A program made the translations under genes and the position numbers. Below are positions 1-11,022 of a DNA stretch of 64,000 nt, one piece after another (positions within the stretch are counted from its first letter, which is position 1; each line of letters starts with the position of its first letter). Location of the stretch: contig JBCBZT010000002.1 of assembly GCA_039815185.1 (NCBI GenBank), positions 160,001-224,000 on the forward strand, written 5' to 3'. The notes under the pieces were generated by a model that saw only the letters and a list, made by a program, of their open reading frames with translations, made no database searches and was not told the origin of the DNA. Origin of the DNA: Cyanobacteria bacterium P01_A01_bin.123. GTDB taxonomy: Bacteria; Cyanobacteriota; Cyanobacteriia; Phormidesmidales; Phormidesmidaceae.

Positions 1-219
1 TGGGGGAAGATTGATACGAGCACATAACTCCCCCCCTAACTTGGCTGCGAAGTAGATCGCAACTAAGCTCAGCAAAACCCCAGCAAACACCAACGCACCG
101 GCATCAGCTTCTGAAGCCTCTGCCAAAAGTGGGGGCATGGTGGATCCATGCCAGGCTAAGTGGGCAGGTAGGGAATGGGGAAAGCTCAAGGCAGCCAAGG
201 AACTGGTCAACTCAACCAT
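1..219 (-). CDS. nhaS3: Na+/H+ antiporter, CPA2 family (NhaS3-like), 5' part only; runs off the window edge
   Basis: Manual translation from ATG at 219: MVELTSS...GALVFAGVLLSLVAIYFAAKLGGELCARINLPP, matching the first TM helix of cyanobacterial NhaS3; not in ORF track. Confidence 0.75.
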   Translation of the reverse strand, partial: MVELTSSLAALSFPHSLPAHLAWHGSTMPPLLAEASEADAGALVFAGVLLSLVAIYFAAKLGGELCARINLPP

Positions 220-324
220 GCAGTCTGCACAAACTCATCCTGTCTAATCTACATGAGTTTATAAATCAGTTACAGTCCATCAGAAGGCACATTTAGCCTC
301 TTTTCTTAAAATTTCTGCCTCAAA

Positions 325-1137
325 CTAGGCAAAAATGCGATGCTCAAGAGAAGGCATTTGTCGCCGTACCTGGGCTAACCGCGAGGGCACAATTTCAGCG
401 ATCGCCATGCCGGGTTTATCGCCAGCATCATCTAAAATCACGCCCCAAGGGTCGCTAATTAACGCATGGCCATGGGATTGACGTCTAGCGTTATGGAATC
501 CAGTTTGGGCCGGGGCAATCACGTAACAGGTGTTTTCAATCGCCCGAGCCTGCAGCAAAATCTGCCAGTGATCTTTACCCGTATAGGCGGTGAAGGCTGC
601 GGGAACCACTAATACTTGAGCACCCGTTTTAGACAGATGGCGGTACAGCTCTGGAAATCGGACGTCGTAGCAAACTGAAATGCCTAATATACCGAAGTCT
701 GTCGACGGATAAACTGGGGGAAGCTGCTGCCCAGAAATTACGGTATTGGATTCTCGGTAAGTGTTGCCGTCAGGGACATTAACGTCAAACAAATGAGCCT
801 TCTGGTAGCGCAATAGCTCTTCCCCGTTGGGATTGACCAGCAGGGCCGTATTGTAGACTTTGCCGTCTTGGGCCGGAACTGGATACCCACCACCCAAGAT
901 AGTGACTTGATATCGCTGGGCCATCGTGATCAAAAACCGTTCACTGGCCTTGAAAATCGCTTCTGCCTGAGCGACTTTGGCAGCTTCGTCGCCTAGGAAA
1001 GAAAAGTTTTCGGGTAGGGTAATGAACTCCGCGCCTCGGCGCACAGCCAAATCAATCAGTTCTTCGGCTTCAGCTAAATTTTTATCTAGGTCGGGCACGC
1101 TGGTCATTTGGAGTGCCGCCGCTAGGTATGGCCGCAT
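325..1137 (-). CDS. Carbon-nitrogen hydrolase, Nit1-like (deaminated glutathione amidase)
   Basis: Nitrilase triad motifs LPENF, YQKAHLFD, VCYDVRFPE; RAIEN; HGHALISDPWG. Confidence 0.9.
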   Translation of the reverse strand: MRPYLAAALQMTSVPDLDKNLAEAEELIDLAVRRGAEFITLPENFSFLGDEAAKVAQAEAIFKASERFLITMAQRYQVTILGGGYPVPAQDGKVYNTALLVNPNGEELLRYQKAHLFDVNVPDGNTYRESNTVISGQQLPPVYPSTDFGILGISVCYDVRFPELYRHLSKTGAQVLVVPAAFTAYTGKDHWQILLQARAIENTCYVIAPAQTGFHNARRQSHGHALISDPWGVILDDAGDKPGMAIAEIVPSRLAQVRRQMPSLEHRIFA

Positions 1138-1215
1138 AGTGCGTTCTCAACATGCAGTAATAAGTCTCCCAATTGTAGTGTTTTGTGGACATCTGTGGGA
1201 GACCTTGCAGCGGTT

Positions 1216-2421
1216 CTAGACAGAAAGCATAGCGACCTGCCAGAGACGGTAGCCACTGGGGTTAAGATGCAACCCATCCGTGGTCAGTTCATAACGTAGA
1301 TCACCCTGACGATCGGCAAAGTTGGGCTGCAAATCTAGGAAGAAGCCCCCTTCTTGTTGACTCATGGCGGCAATTTGCTGATTCAGTGCCGAGATCCGAT
1401 CGCTGGGCAGATTCGACAACCGAGTTGGCAAAATAGAGTGGACAACCACGCGGGCTTGGGGATGGGTTTGGCGCAGTTGGCGCACGATGGTTTGCAGGTT
1501 GTTGAGTACGGTAGCGTCACTCGCTCCATTTTTGAGGTCGTTAATGCCTGCCATCAGATGAATCGTGTCGGGGTGGGTTTGGTCGATAGCAGAAAGCCTT
1601 TGTAAAATGCCTGCGGTGGTATCGCCGGAGATGCCTTGGTTGAGCCAAAAACGATCGCGGGGGAGCCAGTCTGGCGGTAACCATAGACTAATAGAATCCC
1701 CCAAAATCACCGTCAGTCGATTTTGTCCCTGGCCATCAGCCATTGCCTGGGCCTCTCGATTCAGTAGGGTACGCCACTGGTCATAGGTGGGGTGATCGCT
1801 GGCGTTTTGCCACTGGGGTTGAAAGCTGTCAGGGCTAAGGCGGGTGTAGAGGCGACCACTGCGGAGAGCCGCTATCCGCTGGTGATACAGTTGACTGCCA
1901 GATTCAGGGCGCGGGCCGCTAAACGCCGGAATCGTTTGCAACAGGGGACTTTGAAAGCCTGATTGGAGGCGACTAACGCTGGGGGTTGGTGGGTTCGCAG
2001 CAGTCGCAACCCGTTGTCTAATTGACGCCATCAGGGCGCGATCGCGATCGCGTTGGCTTAGCTCATTGCCGCTTAGCTCATTGTTAGCACTCAGTTCATG
2101 AACAGCAGAGGCCATCTCTAAAACCGGGCTAACGGAACGATTGAGCAGACCCGTAGGCTTCTGCGATTTGGCACCCGAAATAGACAACGCTGCCGGGGAC
2201 GCAACCCCAGGATTGGTCGGCGATGGCCCAGCACTAAACCGGGGAGCGCTCGCTACGTTGGGCACTACCACTGGGCTAGGGGATTGAGTATCAACCGCTT
2301 GTTCCCTAATTGATTCAGCTGGTGCGGCCTGATGACTGGGGAGCGCGGGTAGTTTTAGCGGTTCGGGCGATGTTAGGGCATCGGCGACTAACTGGGCAGT
2401 TAACAGGTATAGATCGCTCAT
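1216..2421 (-). CDS. SGNH/GDSL hydrolase with long Pro/Ser-rich N-terminal region
   Basis: GDSIS, NQGISGDTT, GINDL and DGLH blocks in the C-terminal half. Confidence 0.85.
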   Translation of the reverse strand: MSDLYLLTAQLVADALTSPEPLKLPALPSHQAAPAESIREQAVDTQSPSPVVVPNVASAPRFSAGPSPTNPGVASPAALSISGAKSQKPTGLLNRSVSPVLEMASAVHELSANNELSGNELSQRDRDRALMASIRQRVATAANPPTPSVSRLQSGFQSPLLQTIPAFSGPRPESGSQLYHQRIAALRSGRLYTRLSPDSFQPQWQNASDHPTYDQWRTLLNREAQAMADGQGQNRLTVILGDSISLWLPPDWLPRDRFWLNQGISGDTTAGILQRLSAIDQTHPDTIHLMAGINDLKNGASDATVLNNLQTIVRQLRQTHPQARVVVHSILPTRLSNLPSDRISALNQQIAAMSQQEGGFFLDLQPNFADRQGDLRYELTTDGLHLNPSGYRLWQVAMLSV

Positions 2422-2633
2422 CGCTTATCCTTTTTGACTCAAAGTTGTCACTACAGCGCGGGTAGTGCCATCTGTTTTGAGCCAACCTGCCTGCAAAACA
2501 GCAGCACTAGATCCTTATGCGGCCAAAATCTTGTCGATTCAGGACGGTTTGCAAAACGTCCCTCTCAGTTTTGATTGGAATTTTCAATGAACCGCTCTAC
2601 TCAACGGAATGCGGTATGGTTACCCAGGAATGA

Positions 2634-3566
2634 ATGGTGCTAACCATGTCAGCAGACACCACACTTATCCTGACCCTGGGCGGATTAGTTTCGGGAGTTT
2701 TGGCCGGATTTTTGGGCATTGGCGGCGGCACAGTTTTGGTGCCGTTGATGGTCGCGGTCGGGTTTACCTCGCAGCAGGCTGTGGGTACCAGCAGTCTGGC
2801 CATTCTGGTCACGGCCCTGAGCGGCAGTGTTCAAAATTGGCGGATGGGATATCTCAGTTTGCAACGGGTCATTTTGCTAGGGCTACCCGCCATCGTCACG
2901 GCCCAAATTGGTGCATTCGCGGCGGGGCGGATGGCTGAGCATGTGCAGTTGGCCGCCTTTGGCATCCTCTTGGTGAGTAATGTCTATCTGGCGGGGCTGC
3001 GGAAGCAAGTGACGGCTCAGCAGCGACTCAAAGAAGCTGAGCTTGATTCCCCCCCAGCTTCTGGCGATCCAATGACTAGGGACGATCAAACTTCTGGCGA
3101 TCGTTTGAAAGCAACCGCTGAAACCAACGGTTCTGTCCACAGCCAGTCTGCTAAATCGCTATCTCAAGTGCCTTCCCCTGGCCTCAACCCAGTCGTCGCG
3201 AGAGTATTTACCGGGGGGACGGCAGGGTTGCTCGCGGGGCTATTTGGTGTAGGCGGCGGCGTGATTATGGTGCCGCTACAAATCTTGCTCTTGGGAGAAA
3301 AGATTAAAACTGCGGTTCAAACCAGCCTCGGCGTTATCGTGATTACAGCAATATCGGCCAGTATCGGCCATGCTTTGGCTAATAACGTGGTGTTTAGCTC
3401 GGGTTTGATTTTGGGCGCAGGTGGCCTGGTCGGGGTACAGATTAGTACTCGATTTCTACCCAAGCTCTCCGATCGCCTAGTGAGCTTTTTGTTTCGGACG
3501 ATGTTGGCAGTCTTGTCTGTTTACATATTTTGGCAAGCTTGGCAAAGCTACTCAGCACAGGTGTAA
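2634..3566 (+). CDS. TauE/SafE (TSUP) family membrane transporter
   Basis: Two GxxGxGGG repeats (GFLGIGGG, GLFGVGGG), hydrophobic helices; start could be 2646. Confidence 0.85.
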   Translation: MVLTMSADTTLILTLGGLVSGVLAGFLGIGGGTVLVPLMVAVGFTSQQAVGTSSLAILVTALSGSVQNWRMGYLSLQRVILLGLPAIVTAQIGAFAAGRMAEHVQLAAFGILLVSNVYLAGLRKQVTAQQRLKEAELDSPPASGDPMTRDDQTSGDRLKATAETNGSVHSQSAKSLSQVPSPGLNPVVARVFTGGTAGLLAGLFGVGGGVIMVPLQILLLGEKIKTAVQTSLGVIVITAISASIGHALANNVVFSSGLILGAGGLVGVQISTRFLPKLSDRLVSFLFRTMLAVLSVYIFWQAWQSYSAQV

Positions 3567-3593
3567 GCGTTTCGGCAAAGGGAGGACAGTCTG

Positions 3594-5045
3594 GTGAAAT
3601 TTGAGGCCTATGACCCCGGTGACTTCTATGATGAGCTGTTTTTAGCCCAGGGACAGCCCCGCCCCGAAGCCGCATTGCTGGTCGAGCGCATCAAGTCTCT
3701 GTCGACAGACACCCTCCAACAGCGACAGCAAGTGGCCCAAAATGCTTTGTTTAAGCTAGGGGTCACGTTTAATGTCTACGGCGATAGTCAAGGCACAGAA
3801 CGGATTCTGCCGTTTGATGTGATTCCCAGGGTCGTGCCCCAGTCAGAATGGATCTGGTTAGAAAAGGGGCTGAGGCAACGGATTCAAGCTTTGAATCTGT
3901 TTATTGACGATATCTACAACGACCAAAAGATTCTCAAGGACAAAGTCGTTCCTGAAGCAGTTGTTTACTCGGCATCCGGATTTCTCAAACCCTGTTTGGG
4001 GCTAAAACCGCCTGGGGGAATTTGGTGTCACATCACGGGAACGGACCTGGTGCGCGATCGCGACGGTCAGTGGTACGTCTTAGAAGACAACATGCGTTGT
4101 CCCTCTGGGGTCTCCTATGTGCTCGAAAATCGGCGCGTGATGAAGAGCACATTTCCTCAACTGTTCGATGCCCTCGACATTTTGCCCGTGGACGACTACG
4201 CTAGCCAGCTCCTAGAAACGCTGTTGAATCTGGCCCCGTCCGGATTAAGAGATCCGCGAGTGGTGGTCTTAACACCAGGCATTTATAACTCTGCCTATTT
4301 TGAGCATTCTTTTTTGGCTCAGCAGATGGGGGCTGAGCTGGTCGAAGGTCGAGATCTGGTGGTGGCAGAGGGTTATTTACAGATGAAAACCACCAAAGGG
4401 TTGCAACGGGTCGATGTGGTGTATCGCCGCATTGATGACGAATTTATGGATCCGCTAGCGTTTCGGCCCGATTCGCTACTCGGGGTACCGGGGTTGATGG
4501 ACGTGTATCGCCAGGGTCGAGTCGCGATCGCCAATGCACCGGGCACTGGAGTTGCCGACGACAAAATGGTGTATGCCTATGTCCCTGACATGATTCGCTA
4601 CTACCTGGGTGAAGACCAAAGTTTGGCTAATGTGCCTACCTACCTTTGTGAAGATGCCAAACAGCGCGACCATGTGCTGACTCACCTGGATCAACTGGTG
4701 GTCAAAGCCACTAATGCCTCCGGGGGCTATGGCATGTTGGTGGGCCCCCAATCCACCCCCGAACAGCGCGAAGATTTTGCCGGACGCATCCAAGCCAACC
4801 CCCGCAATTACATTGCCCAACCGACCCTTTGCTTATCACGGGTGCCCACGCTTGTTGATCAGCAGTTTGAAGGTTGCCACGTCGATTTGCGGCCCTACAT
4901 CCTGTACGGACAAGACATCTATGTTAATCCGGGTGGGCTAACCCGTGTTGCCTTGAAGAAGGGATCCCTAGTCGTGAATTCATCCCAGGGGGGCGGCAGT
5001 AAGGATACCTGGGTCGTCCAAGCCACTGCCAAGGAGGACGCGTAA
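3594..5045 (+). CDS. Circularly permuted type 2 ATP-grasp protein
   Basis: [61 protein letters not shown]. Confidence 0.93.
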   Translation: MKFEAYDPGDFYDELFLAQGQPRPEAALLVERIKSLSTDTLQQRQQVAQNALFKLGVTFNVYGDSQGTERILPFDVIPRVVPQSEWIWLEKGLRQRIQALNLFIDDIYNDQKILKDKVVPEAVVYSASGFLKPCLGLKPPGGIWCHITGTDLVRDRDGQWYVLEDNMRCPSGVSYVLENRRVMKSTFPQLFDALDILPVDDYASQLLETLLNLAPSGLRDPRVVVLTPGIYNSAYFEHSFLAQQMGAELVEGRDLVVAEGYLQMKTTKGLQRVDVVYRRIDDEFMDPLAFRPDSLLGVPGLMDVYRQGRVAIANAPGTGVADDKMVYAYVPDMIRYYLGEDQSLANVPTYLCEDAKQRDHVLTHLDQLVVKATNASGGYGMLVGPQSTPEQREDFAGRIQANPRNYIAQPTLCLSRVPTLVDQQFEGCHVDLRPYILYGQDIYVNPGGLTRVALKKGSLVVNSSQGGGSKDTWVVQATAKEDA

Positions 5046-5046
5046 G

Positions 5047-5994
5047 ATGTTAAGCCGTGTGGCCGACTCTATTTATTGGCTGAATCGCTACGTCGAGCGG
5101 GCTGAGAATGTGGCTCGGTTTGTGGAAGTCAATCTCAATTTGCTGCTGGATGCGCCAGCCGGAATCCCCCAAAACTGGGAACCGCTGGTTACCACGACCG
5201 GAGATTTGGCCTTTTTTCGCGATCGCTACGGTGCAGCCACTGCCGATAATGTTTTGACCTTCTTGACCTTTGACGCCGACTATCCCAACTCCATCTTGTC
5301 GTGTTTGCGGTCAGCCCGTGAAAATGCCCGCTCTGTTAGGGAAATTATTTCCTCAGAAATGTGGGAACAGGTGAATGCGTTTTACCTAACCGTAAAGACG
5401 GCAGCCCAACAAGGTTCACTGTCGGATGTCCATAGCTTTTATCCTGAAGTCAAAATGGCAAGCCACCTGTTTGCCGGGGTGATGGATGCCACCATGTCCC
5501 ACAATGAGGGCTGGCACTTTGGCAAATTGGGACGGCTGCTGGAGCGGGCAGATAAAACGGCCCGGATTTTGGATGTCAAGTACTTTATCTTGCTGCCGTC
5601 GGTCAAAGACGTGGGCTCACCCCTAGACGATTTACAGTGGATGGCCCTGCTCAAATCCGCCAGCGCCTATGAAATGTATCGCAAATGCCAGTATCGGATT
5701 ACGCCCCAAAATGTGATTGAGTTTTTGATTTTGAACCGAGAATTTCCCCGTTCGATTCAGTCCTGTTTGCTAGAGGCCGAGCACTCGCTTTGCAAAATTT
5801 CGGGGACGGTCACCGGCACCTGGCAAACCGCCAGCGATCGCGCCCTGGGCCGGGTCCGATCTGAGCTAGACTACATTACCATCGAAGAAATTATGCAGCA
5901 AGGCATCCACGAATTTCTAGACGGTTTGCAACGGCGGATCAATGACGTGGGCAATCAGGTCTTCACCGATTTCTTTGCGCTCCAGGCCGGATAA
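5047..5994 (+). CDS. Alpha-E domain protein (DUF403)
   Basis: MLSRVADSIYWLNRYVERAEN and GRLLERADKTARILDVKY duplicated ER motifs; ARENAR; FPRS; 1 bp from ATP-grasp gene. Confidence 0.92.
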   Translation: MLSRVADSIYWLNRYVERAENVARFVEVNLNLLLDAPAGIPQNWEPLVTTTGDLAFFRDRYGAATADNVLTFLTFDADYPNSILSCLRSARENARSVREIISSEMWEQVNAFYLTVKTAAQQGSLSDVHSFYPEVKMASHLFAGVMDATMSHNEGWHFGKLGRLLERADKTARILDVKYFILLPSVKDVGSPLDDLQWMALLKSASAYEMYRKCQYRITPQNVIEFLILNREFPRSIQSCLLEAEHSLCKISGTVTGTWQTASDRALGRVRSELDYITIEEIMQQGIHEFLDGLQRRINDVGNQVFTDFFALQAG

Positions 5995-5996
5995 CT

Positions 5997-6857
5997 ATGG
6001 TGCGTTACCGCATTACCCACACCACCGATTATCGCTATAGTCAACCCGTTGGTTTGCAACCCCATACCTTACGATTACGCCCCCGTAGCGATGGCGCTCA
6101 ACAACTGCTGACTTTTGAACAGACGATTACCCCCAGCCCAAAATACCAGGCTGATCTAGTAGATGTTGGTGGCGATACCACAACTCGCCTGTGGTTTGGA
6201 GAGGCTCAATTAGCGCACCTGCAAATCCAAACCCGAGCTGGAGTCGAAACCTATCGAACCAATCCCTTCGACTATTGGAGCGAACCGTGGGCCGTTAATT
6301 TTCCTTTGGATTATCCCAGCACGTTAGCTGCCCATCTCTATCCCTATCGCCACGATCCGCTCGATCCTGTGATCGATAGCCGAGTCGTTGCTTTAGCCCA
6401 AGAGATTTGCCAAGAGGTCAACGACAATGTGGGGTATTTCCTGATGGCGTTGACCCAACGGATCTACGAAAACTGCAAATACACGGTTCGCCACACAGGC
6501 AATCCCCATCCCGCAGGGTTGACCTGGGCCAACCAGCGAGGGAGTTGCCGAGATTTTGCCGTACTCTTTATGGCTGCTTGTCGGGCAGTTGGGCTGGCTG
6601 CTCGGTTTGTCAGCGGTTATCAAGCGGGTGACCCCAATCAGCAAGACCGCGATCTCCATGCTTGGGCAGAGGTTTACGTTCCAGGTGGCGGTTGGCGGGG
6701 GTTTGATCCCACGTTAGGACTGGCTGTCAGCGATCGCCACATTGCCCTAGTGTCCGGTAGCCATGCCCTCCAAGCCTCACCCGTCTCGGGGGCTTTAACC
6801 CAGGGCGGCATCCAGACCACCCTAACGGCTACCATTACCCTTGAAGCTGAGGATTGA
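5997..6857 (+). CDS. Transglutaminase-like protein with Bact_transglu_N domain
   Basis: YRITHTTDYRY N-domain; Cys-His-Asp triad GSCRDFA, HAWAEVY, GFDPT. Confidence 0.92.
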   Translation: MVRYRITHTTDYRYSQPVGLQPHTLRLRPRSDGAQQLLTFEQTITPSPKYQADLVDVGGDTTTRLWFGEAQLAHLQIQTRAGVETYRTNPFDYWSEPWAVNFPLDYPSTLAAHLYPYRHDPLDPVIDSRVVALAQEICQEVNDNVGYFLMALTQRIYENCKYTVRHTGNPHPAGLTWANQRGSCRDFAVLFMAACRAVGLAARFVSGYQAGDPNQQDRDLHAWAEVYVPGGGWRGFDPTLGLAVSDRHIALVSGSHALQASPVSGALTQGGIQTTLTATITLEAED

Positions 6858-6874
6858 CGGTTGTACTTACCTGA

Positions 6875-7636
6875 TCACGTAATATCTGGGTCAATCGGCA
6901 TAGAGGGTTGGTTCCAATCGATATTGGGCATTTGCGCTGACGCCTGCCGGAGAGCGGCTTCCCAGTGTTTTCGCATTTTGATCAAATACGGATCACCGGC
7001 CTGAAACTTGGCGCGATGGCGGATTTCAAAGCTGTCCTTTTGATACATCACCAGTTGGATGGGTGGCCCCACCGAAATATTGGAGCGCATGGTGGAATCA
7101 ATTGACAGCAGGGCACACTTCGCGATCGCTTCTAAATCGGCATCCACCTGTACGGTGCGATCCAGGATCGGCTTGCCGTATTTCGTTTCACCAATCTGCA
7201 AAAAAGGCGTTTCTGGGGTCGCTTGAATACAGTTGCCCTGACTGTAAATTAAGTAGAGTTCTGGGTCTTCTCCCTGAACCTGCCCCCCCAGCAAAAAGCT
7301 GCACTGGAAGTCTATATTGTCTTTCGCTAACCAAGCCCGGTCTTGTTCTTGCAAACGACGGATTTGCTGACCAATATAGCGAGCAATGTCGTGAACCGTG
7401 GGTAGGGTGTATAGATGGTCGCCGCTATCCAACCGAATATCTCGGTTGAGGGCATGTAACACCGCTTGGGTAATCGACAAGTTACCAGCCGTACAAATCA
7501 ACAGCACGCGATCGCCTGGGACTGAAAATTCAAACAGCTTGTTATAAGACGAAATGTAGTCTACCCCAGCATTGGTACGGGAGTCTGCCGCCAACACCAA
7601 CCCTTGCTCAACCCAAATACCCAAACAGTAGGTCAT
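6875..7636 (-). CDS. anbu: Proteasome-type protease Anbu (NTN hydrolase)
   Basis: After Met removal: Thr1, Asp17 (DSRTNAGVD), Lys32; QIGETKYGKPILDR; DSTMRSNISVGPP; ATG 7636 preferred over GTG 7639. Confidence 0.9.
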   Translation of the reverse strand: MTYCLGIWVEQGLVLAADSRTNAGVDYISSYNKLFEFSVPGDRVLLICTAGNLSITQAVLHALNRDIRLDSGDHLYTLPTVHDIARYIGQQIRRLQEQDRAWLAKDNIDFQCSFLLGGQVQGEDPELYLIYSQGNCIQATPETPFLQIGETKYGKPILDRTVQVDADLEAIAKCALLSIDSTMRSNISVGPPIQLVMYQKDSFEIRHRAKFQAGDPYLIKMRKHWEAALRQASAQMPNIDWNQPSMPIDPDIT

Positions 7637-7713
7637 CACGCTTAATCTTTTGATGTCACCTGACCCGCTAAATGCCCCTTGACCTCAGCACATACAGTAT
7701 CTCAACAAAGCAA

Positions 7714-7739
7714 GGGTGCTAAAGCTGCCTCTAGCACCC
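7714..7739 (-). terminator. Hairpin downstream of psbM, upstream of anbu
   Basis: GGGTGCTA...TAGCACCC stem followed on - strand by TTGCTTTGTT. Confidence 0.5.
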
Positions 7740-7794
7740 CAACAGATTCTTAAGTTACACTGCGTAACCGGACACCCAAACCGATCTATCAGAA

Positions 7795-7905
7795 CTATCC
7801 GCCAGTCTGCTTACTAGATGTTTGGATGTAAAGAATAAGCAAGAACACGGTCGGTACAAATATGAACAAGACGCTCGCAACAAACCCTAGATTGTTAACT
7901 TCCAT
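7795..7905 (-). CDS. psbM: Photosystem II protein PsbM
   Basis: Manual translation [41 protein letters not shown] upstream; below ORF-track cutoff. Confidence 0.95.
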   Translation of the reverse strand: MEVNNLGFVASVLFIFVPTVFLLILYIQTSSKQTGG

Positions 7906-8172
7906 TAGACCCAACCTCCACGCTCAAACAAACAAATTTAAAACGCCCAACCGATACCTAGAATAGCATCTAGCGGATTATTAAACAGGCCCCGGAACGG
8001 AACCGAATCCGGTAGCTGTATCGGCCCCAAAATGCGACTGTTAAGGCAATTCACGTCTGTTGTCACCCGAACAAACTGACCGCTGCATTCCGCATCGATC
8101 TCCCAAAACCAATAGTGCCAGCACTAGCATCTCCCCAAATCTGACAGCGCCAGCCAACATGGCCAAGATAGC

Positions 8173-8514
8173 TCAAGCCGTTTTGGCCGATTTAGAATCG
8201 GCTTTTTTCGACTTCTTCTCTGGCTTCGTGATCACGCTGACGGGGCCGTTGACTAACGTTTGACAAGCTAATCGACAGTTTTCGGGCCGTTTGCGCAGCT
8301 TACTCTGTTCCACATTTGTTTTAGGAGAAAGATTTTCCATACCGGATTCAATCTCAACTACACAGGTTCCGCACTGACCATACCCACCACAGTTCATCAT
8401 CTTGCCCATTAGGGTGTAGATATCAATTCCGTTTTCGAGCGCCTTAAACCTGAGATTTGCCCCGTTGGCAGCGACAATCTCTTTACCTTCTTTAACAAAC
8501 TTAATAGTTCCCAT
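8173..8514 (-). CDS. 2Fe-2S ferredoxin-like protein
   Basis: [11 protein letters not shown]...RLACQ; lies between psbM and psbB as in many cyanobacteria; start 8514 or 8523. Confidence 0.9.
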   Translation of the reverse strand: MGTIKFVKEGKEIVAANGANLRFKALENGIDIYTLMGKMMNCGGYGQCGTCVVEIESGMENLSPKTNVEQSKLRKRPENCRLACQTLVNGPVSVITKPEKKSKKADSKSAKTA

Positions 8515-8913
8515 ACCTTGCATTCCCCCTTAACTGGTTCAGTTATGTGCCTAGTGGTATAAGCCTGACTCGCTCTGGATCACAGAGCAGCAAAGCGATC
8601 TGACGATACAGTCTGCCTATTTCCAGGCCAGATAATATCGAACGCTGAACCGCTTGCCTGGAGCCTTAACAATGGTTACACTTCTTTATACGCTTTCATT
8701 TTTACATTTCCATGGTCAAACATGACCGGATGCAAGCGATGGAGATTTAAGATCTACTCGTTTTAGCCTGAACCCACTGAGAAGTTTTTAGGTGATGTGT
8801 CTGGTTGAGTCAACCATTTGAGTGGTACTAGATCCGATGGCCCTATCAGGTCTAGCATCTTTAATATAGGCTGAAGGCAACTGTTGAAACCTAATCGAGG
8901 AGGAGTGTAGTCA

Positions 8914-10446
8914 ATGGGACTACCCTGGTATCGAGTCCATACGGTCGTCTTGAACGATCCAGGCCGACTAATCTCAGTGCACTTGATGCACACGGCTCTT
9001 GTGGCAGGATGGGCTGGCTCTATGGCTTTGTTTGAGCTAGCAACCTTCGATCCGAGTGATCCTGTCCTTAACCCAATGTGGCGTCAGGGGATGTTTGTAC
9101 TGCCCTTCATGGCTCGCTTGGGCGTTACAGAATCCTGGGGGGGGTGGAGTCTTTCCGGTGCCCCCGCTGCTGACCCTGGCTTTTGGTCATTTGAAGGTGT
9201 GGCTGCAGCCCACATCATTCTTTCGGGTTTGTTATTCCTAGCTGCCTGCTGGCACTGGGTCTATTGGGATCTAGATCTGTTCCGTGACCCACGGACTGGG
9301 GAACCGGCACTAGATTTACCCAAGATGTTTGGAATTCATTTGTTCTTATCTGGGCTTCTATGCTTTGGCTTTGGGGCTTTCCACTTGACTGGTCTTTGGG
9401 GGCCTGGCATGTGGGTTTCTGACCCTTATGGCATCACTGGGCACGTCCAGGGCGTGGCACCGGAGTGGGGCCCCGCTGGGTTTAACCCCTACAATCCAGG
9501 GGGTGTGGTTGCTCACCATATTGCTGCCGGTATTGTTGGCATTATTGCCGGACTGTTTCACCTGACCGTACGTCCTCCCCAGCGTCTTTATAAGGCGTTA
9601 CGTATGGGGAACATTGAGACAGTTCTCTCTAGCAGTATTGCAGCTGTTTTCTTTGCTGCTTTCGTGGTAGCAGGCACCATGTGGTATGGCAGTGCAACGA
9701 CTCCCATTGAGCTGTTTGGGCCGACTCGCTATCAGTGGGATGGTAGCTATTTTGCTCAAGAGATTGAGCGCCGGGTTCAGGCTGATGTTGCTTCTGGGCT
9801 TTCTTTAGAGGAAGCATGGGATAACGTTCCTGAAAAGCTAGCCTTCTACGACTATGTCGGCAACAGCCCTGCCAAGGGTGGTTTGTTCCGTGTAGGCCCG
9901 ATGGATACTGGTGATGGTATTGCTACGTCTTGGCTAGGCCACCCTGTTTTCAAAGATGGAGAAGGGCGTGTGCTGAATGTGCGTCGCCTGCCCAATTTCT
10001 TTGAGACATTTCCTGTCGTGTTGACGGATAAAGACGGCATTATTCGAGCCGACATTCCGTTTCGTCGGGCTGAATCAAAGTATAGCTTTGAGCAGACTGG
10101 TGTAACGGCTACGTTCTATGGTGGTGAACTGGGTGGTCAAACCGTCACCGATCCTGCAAATGTTAAGCGTTACGCTCGCAAGGCTCAGTTAGGCGAACCC
10201 TTTGAATTCGATCGTGAAACCCTTGATTCTGATGGGGTGTTCCGATCTAGTCCTCGGGGTTGGTTTACGTTTGGCCACGCTGTATTTGCACTGCTGTTCT
10301 TCTTTGGTCATATCTGGCACGGTTCTCGGACGCTGTTCCGCGATGTGTTCGCCGGTATTGACCCAGACATGTCAGAAGAGCAAGTGGAGTGGGGCTTCTA
10401 TCAGAAGGTGGGTGATAAGACTACCCGTACAGCTAACAATGCTTAG
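8914..10446 (+). CDS. psbB: Photosystem II CP47 chlorophyll-binding protein
   Basis: [27 protein letters not shown] start, 510 aa, GGAGGAG RBS. Confidence 0.99.
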   Translation: MGLPWYRVHTVVLNDPGRLISVHLMHTALVAGWAGSMALFELATFDPSDPVLNPMWRQGMFVLPFMARLGVTESWGGWSLSGAPAADPGFWSFEGVAAAHIILSGLLFLAACWHWVYWDLDLFRDPRTGEPALDLPKMFGIHLFLSGLLCFGFGAFHLTGLWGPGMWVSDPYGITGHVQGVAPEWGPAGFNPYNPGGVVAHHIAAGIVGIIAGLFHLTVRPPQRLYKALRMGNIETVLSSSIAAVFFAAFVVAGTMWYGSATTPIELFGPTRYQWDGSYFAQEIERRVQADVASGLSLEEAWDNVPEKLAFYDYVGNSPAKGGLFRVGPMDTGDGIATSWLGHPVFKDGEGRVLNVRRLPNFFETFPVVLTDKDGIIRADIPFRRAESKYSFEQTGVTATFYGGELGGQTVTDPANVKRYARKAQLGEPFEFDRETLDSDGVFRSSPRGWFTFGHAVFALLFFFGHIWHGSRTLFRDVFAGIDPDMSEEQVEWGFYQKVGDKTTRTANNA

Positions 10447-10484
10447 GCATCACTAAGGCTAATCCCTTGAGGTGCTGCCAAAAG

Positions 10485-10527
10485 AAATCAGCGATGTAGA
10501 TTTAAATTCTACGTCGCTGATTTTTTT
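10485..10527 (+). terminator. Intrinsic terminator after psbB
   Basis: AAATCAGCGATGTAGA-loop-TCTACGTCGCTGATTTTTTT. Confidence 0.85.
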
Positions 10528-10645
10528 ATGGTTTTGAATAAAACAGGGTTGAAAAGTATCACAGGTTATATCGCGGCGACGGTTTCCCGAGAATATTGAC
10601 GGTAAAATGGAGGTGTTGGGTTTTTAAGCTAGGATCCTTGTAATT

Positions 10646-10744
10646 ATGGAAGCTGTCGCTTACATCTTAATTTTCACCTGCATCATTGGTACCCTATTCT
10701 TTGCGATTGCATTTCGGGAACCCCCCCGCATCACAAAAGACTAG
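10646..10744 (+). CDS. psbT: Photosystem II protein PsbT
   Basis: Manual translation MEAVAYILIFTCIIGTLFFAIAFREPPRITKD. Confidence 0.95.
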   Translation: MEAVAYILIFTCIIGTLFFAIAFREPPRITKD

Positions 10745-10846
10745 GCTAAAACATCACTGGTTTGAGTGGTCTTCTAAGCCGTGATTAGGTCCAATCCCAA
10801 TGGATATCTTAAAAGCGGTGACGCTAAAGACTAAACAATCACCTTA

Positions 10847-10890
10847 GAAGTGAGCTGCTTAATAAGGCTACAAAGCTCACTTCTTTTTTT
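10847..10890 (+). terminator. Intrinsic terminator after psbT
   Basis: AGAAGTGAGCT...AGCTCACTTCT followed by T run. Confidence 0.75.
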
Positions 10891-11022
10891 GGGTGCTCAA
10901 TCTTATACTTTGAAGTAAGATTCCTAGACTGGGAATGTAGTGTCGCACCCTAACTGGGTAGAGCAGGGATTGACGAAACCCAGTTTGTTTATTTTCTCTC
11001 TAGCAACGCTGGAGCGCATTGT

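Noticed and set aside
8675..8692. RpaB/HLR1 site upstream of psbB (GTTACACT-TC-TTTATACG)
   Set aside because: Several mismatches in an AT-rich region; plausible but not supportable by eye
8914..10446. Far-red (FaRLiP) psbB paralogue
   Set aside because: Canonical-looking sequence in the standard psbB-psbT-nrdR-rps1 context, with no rfp or apc paralogues nearby
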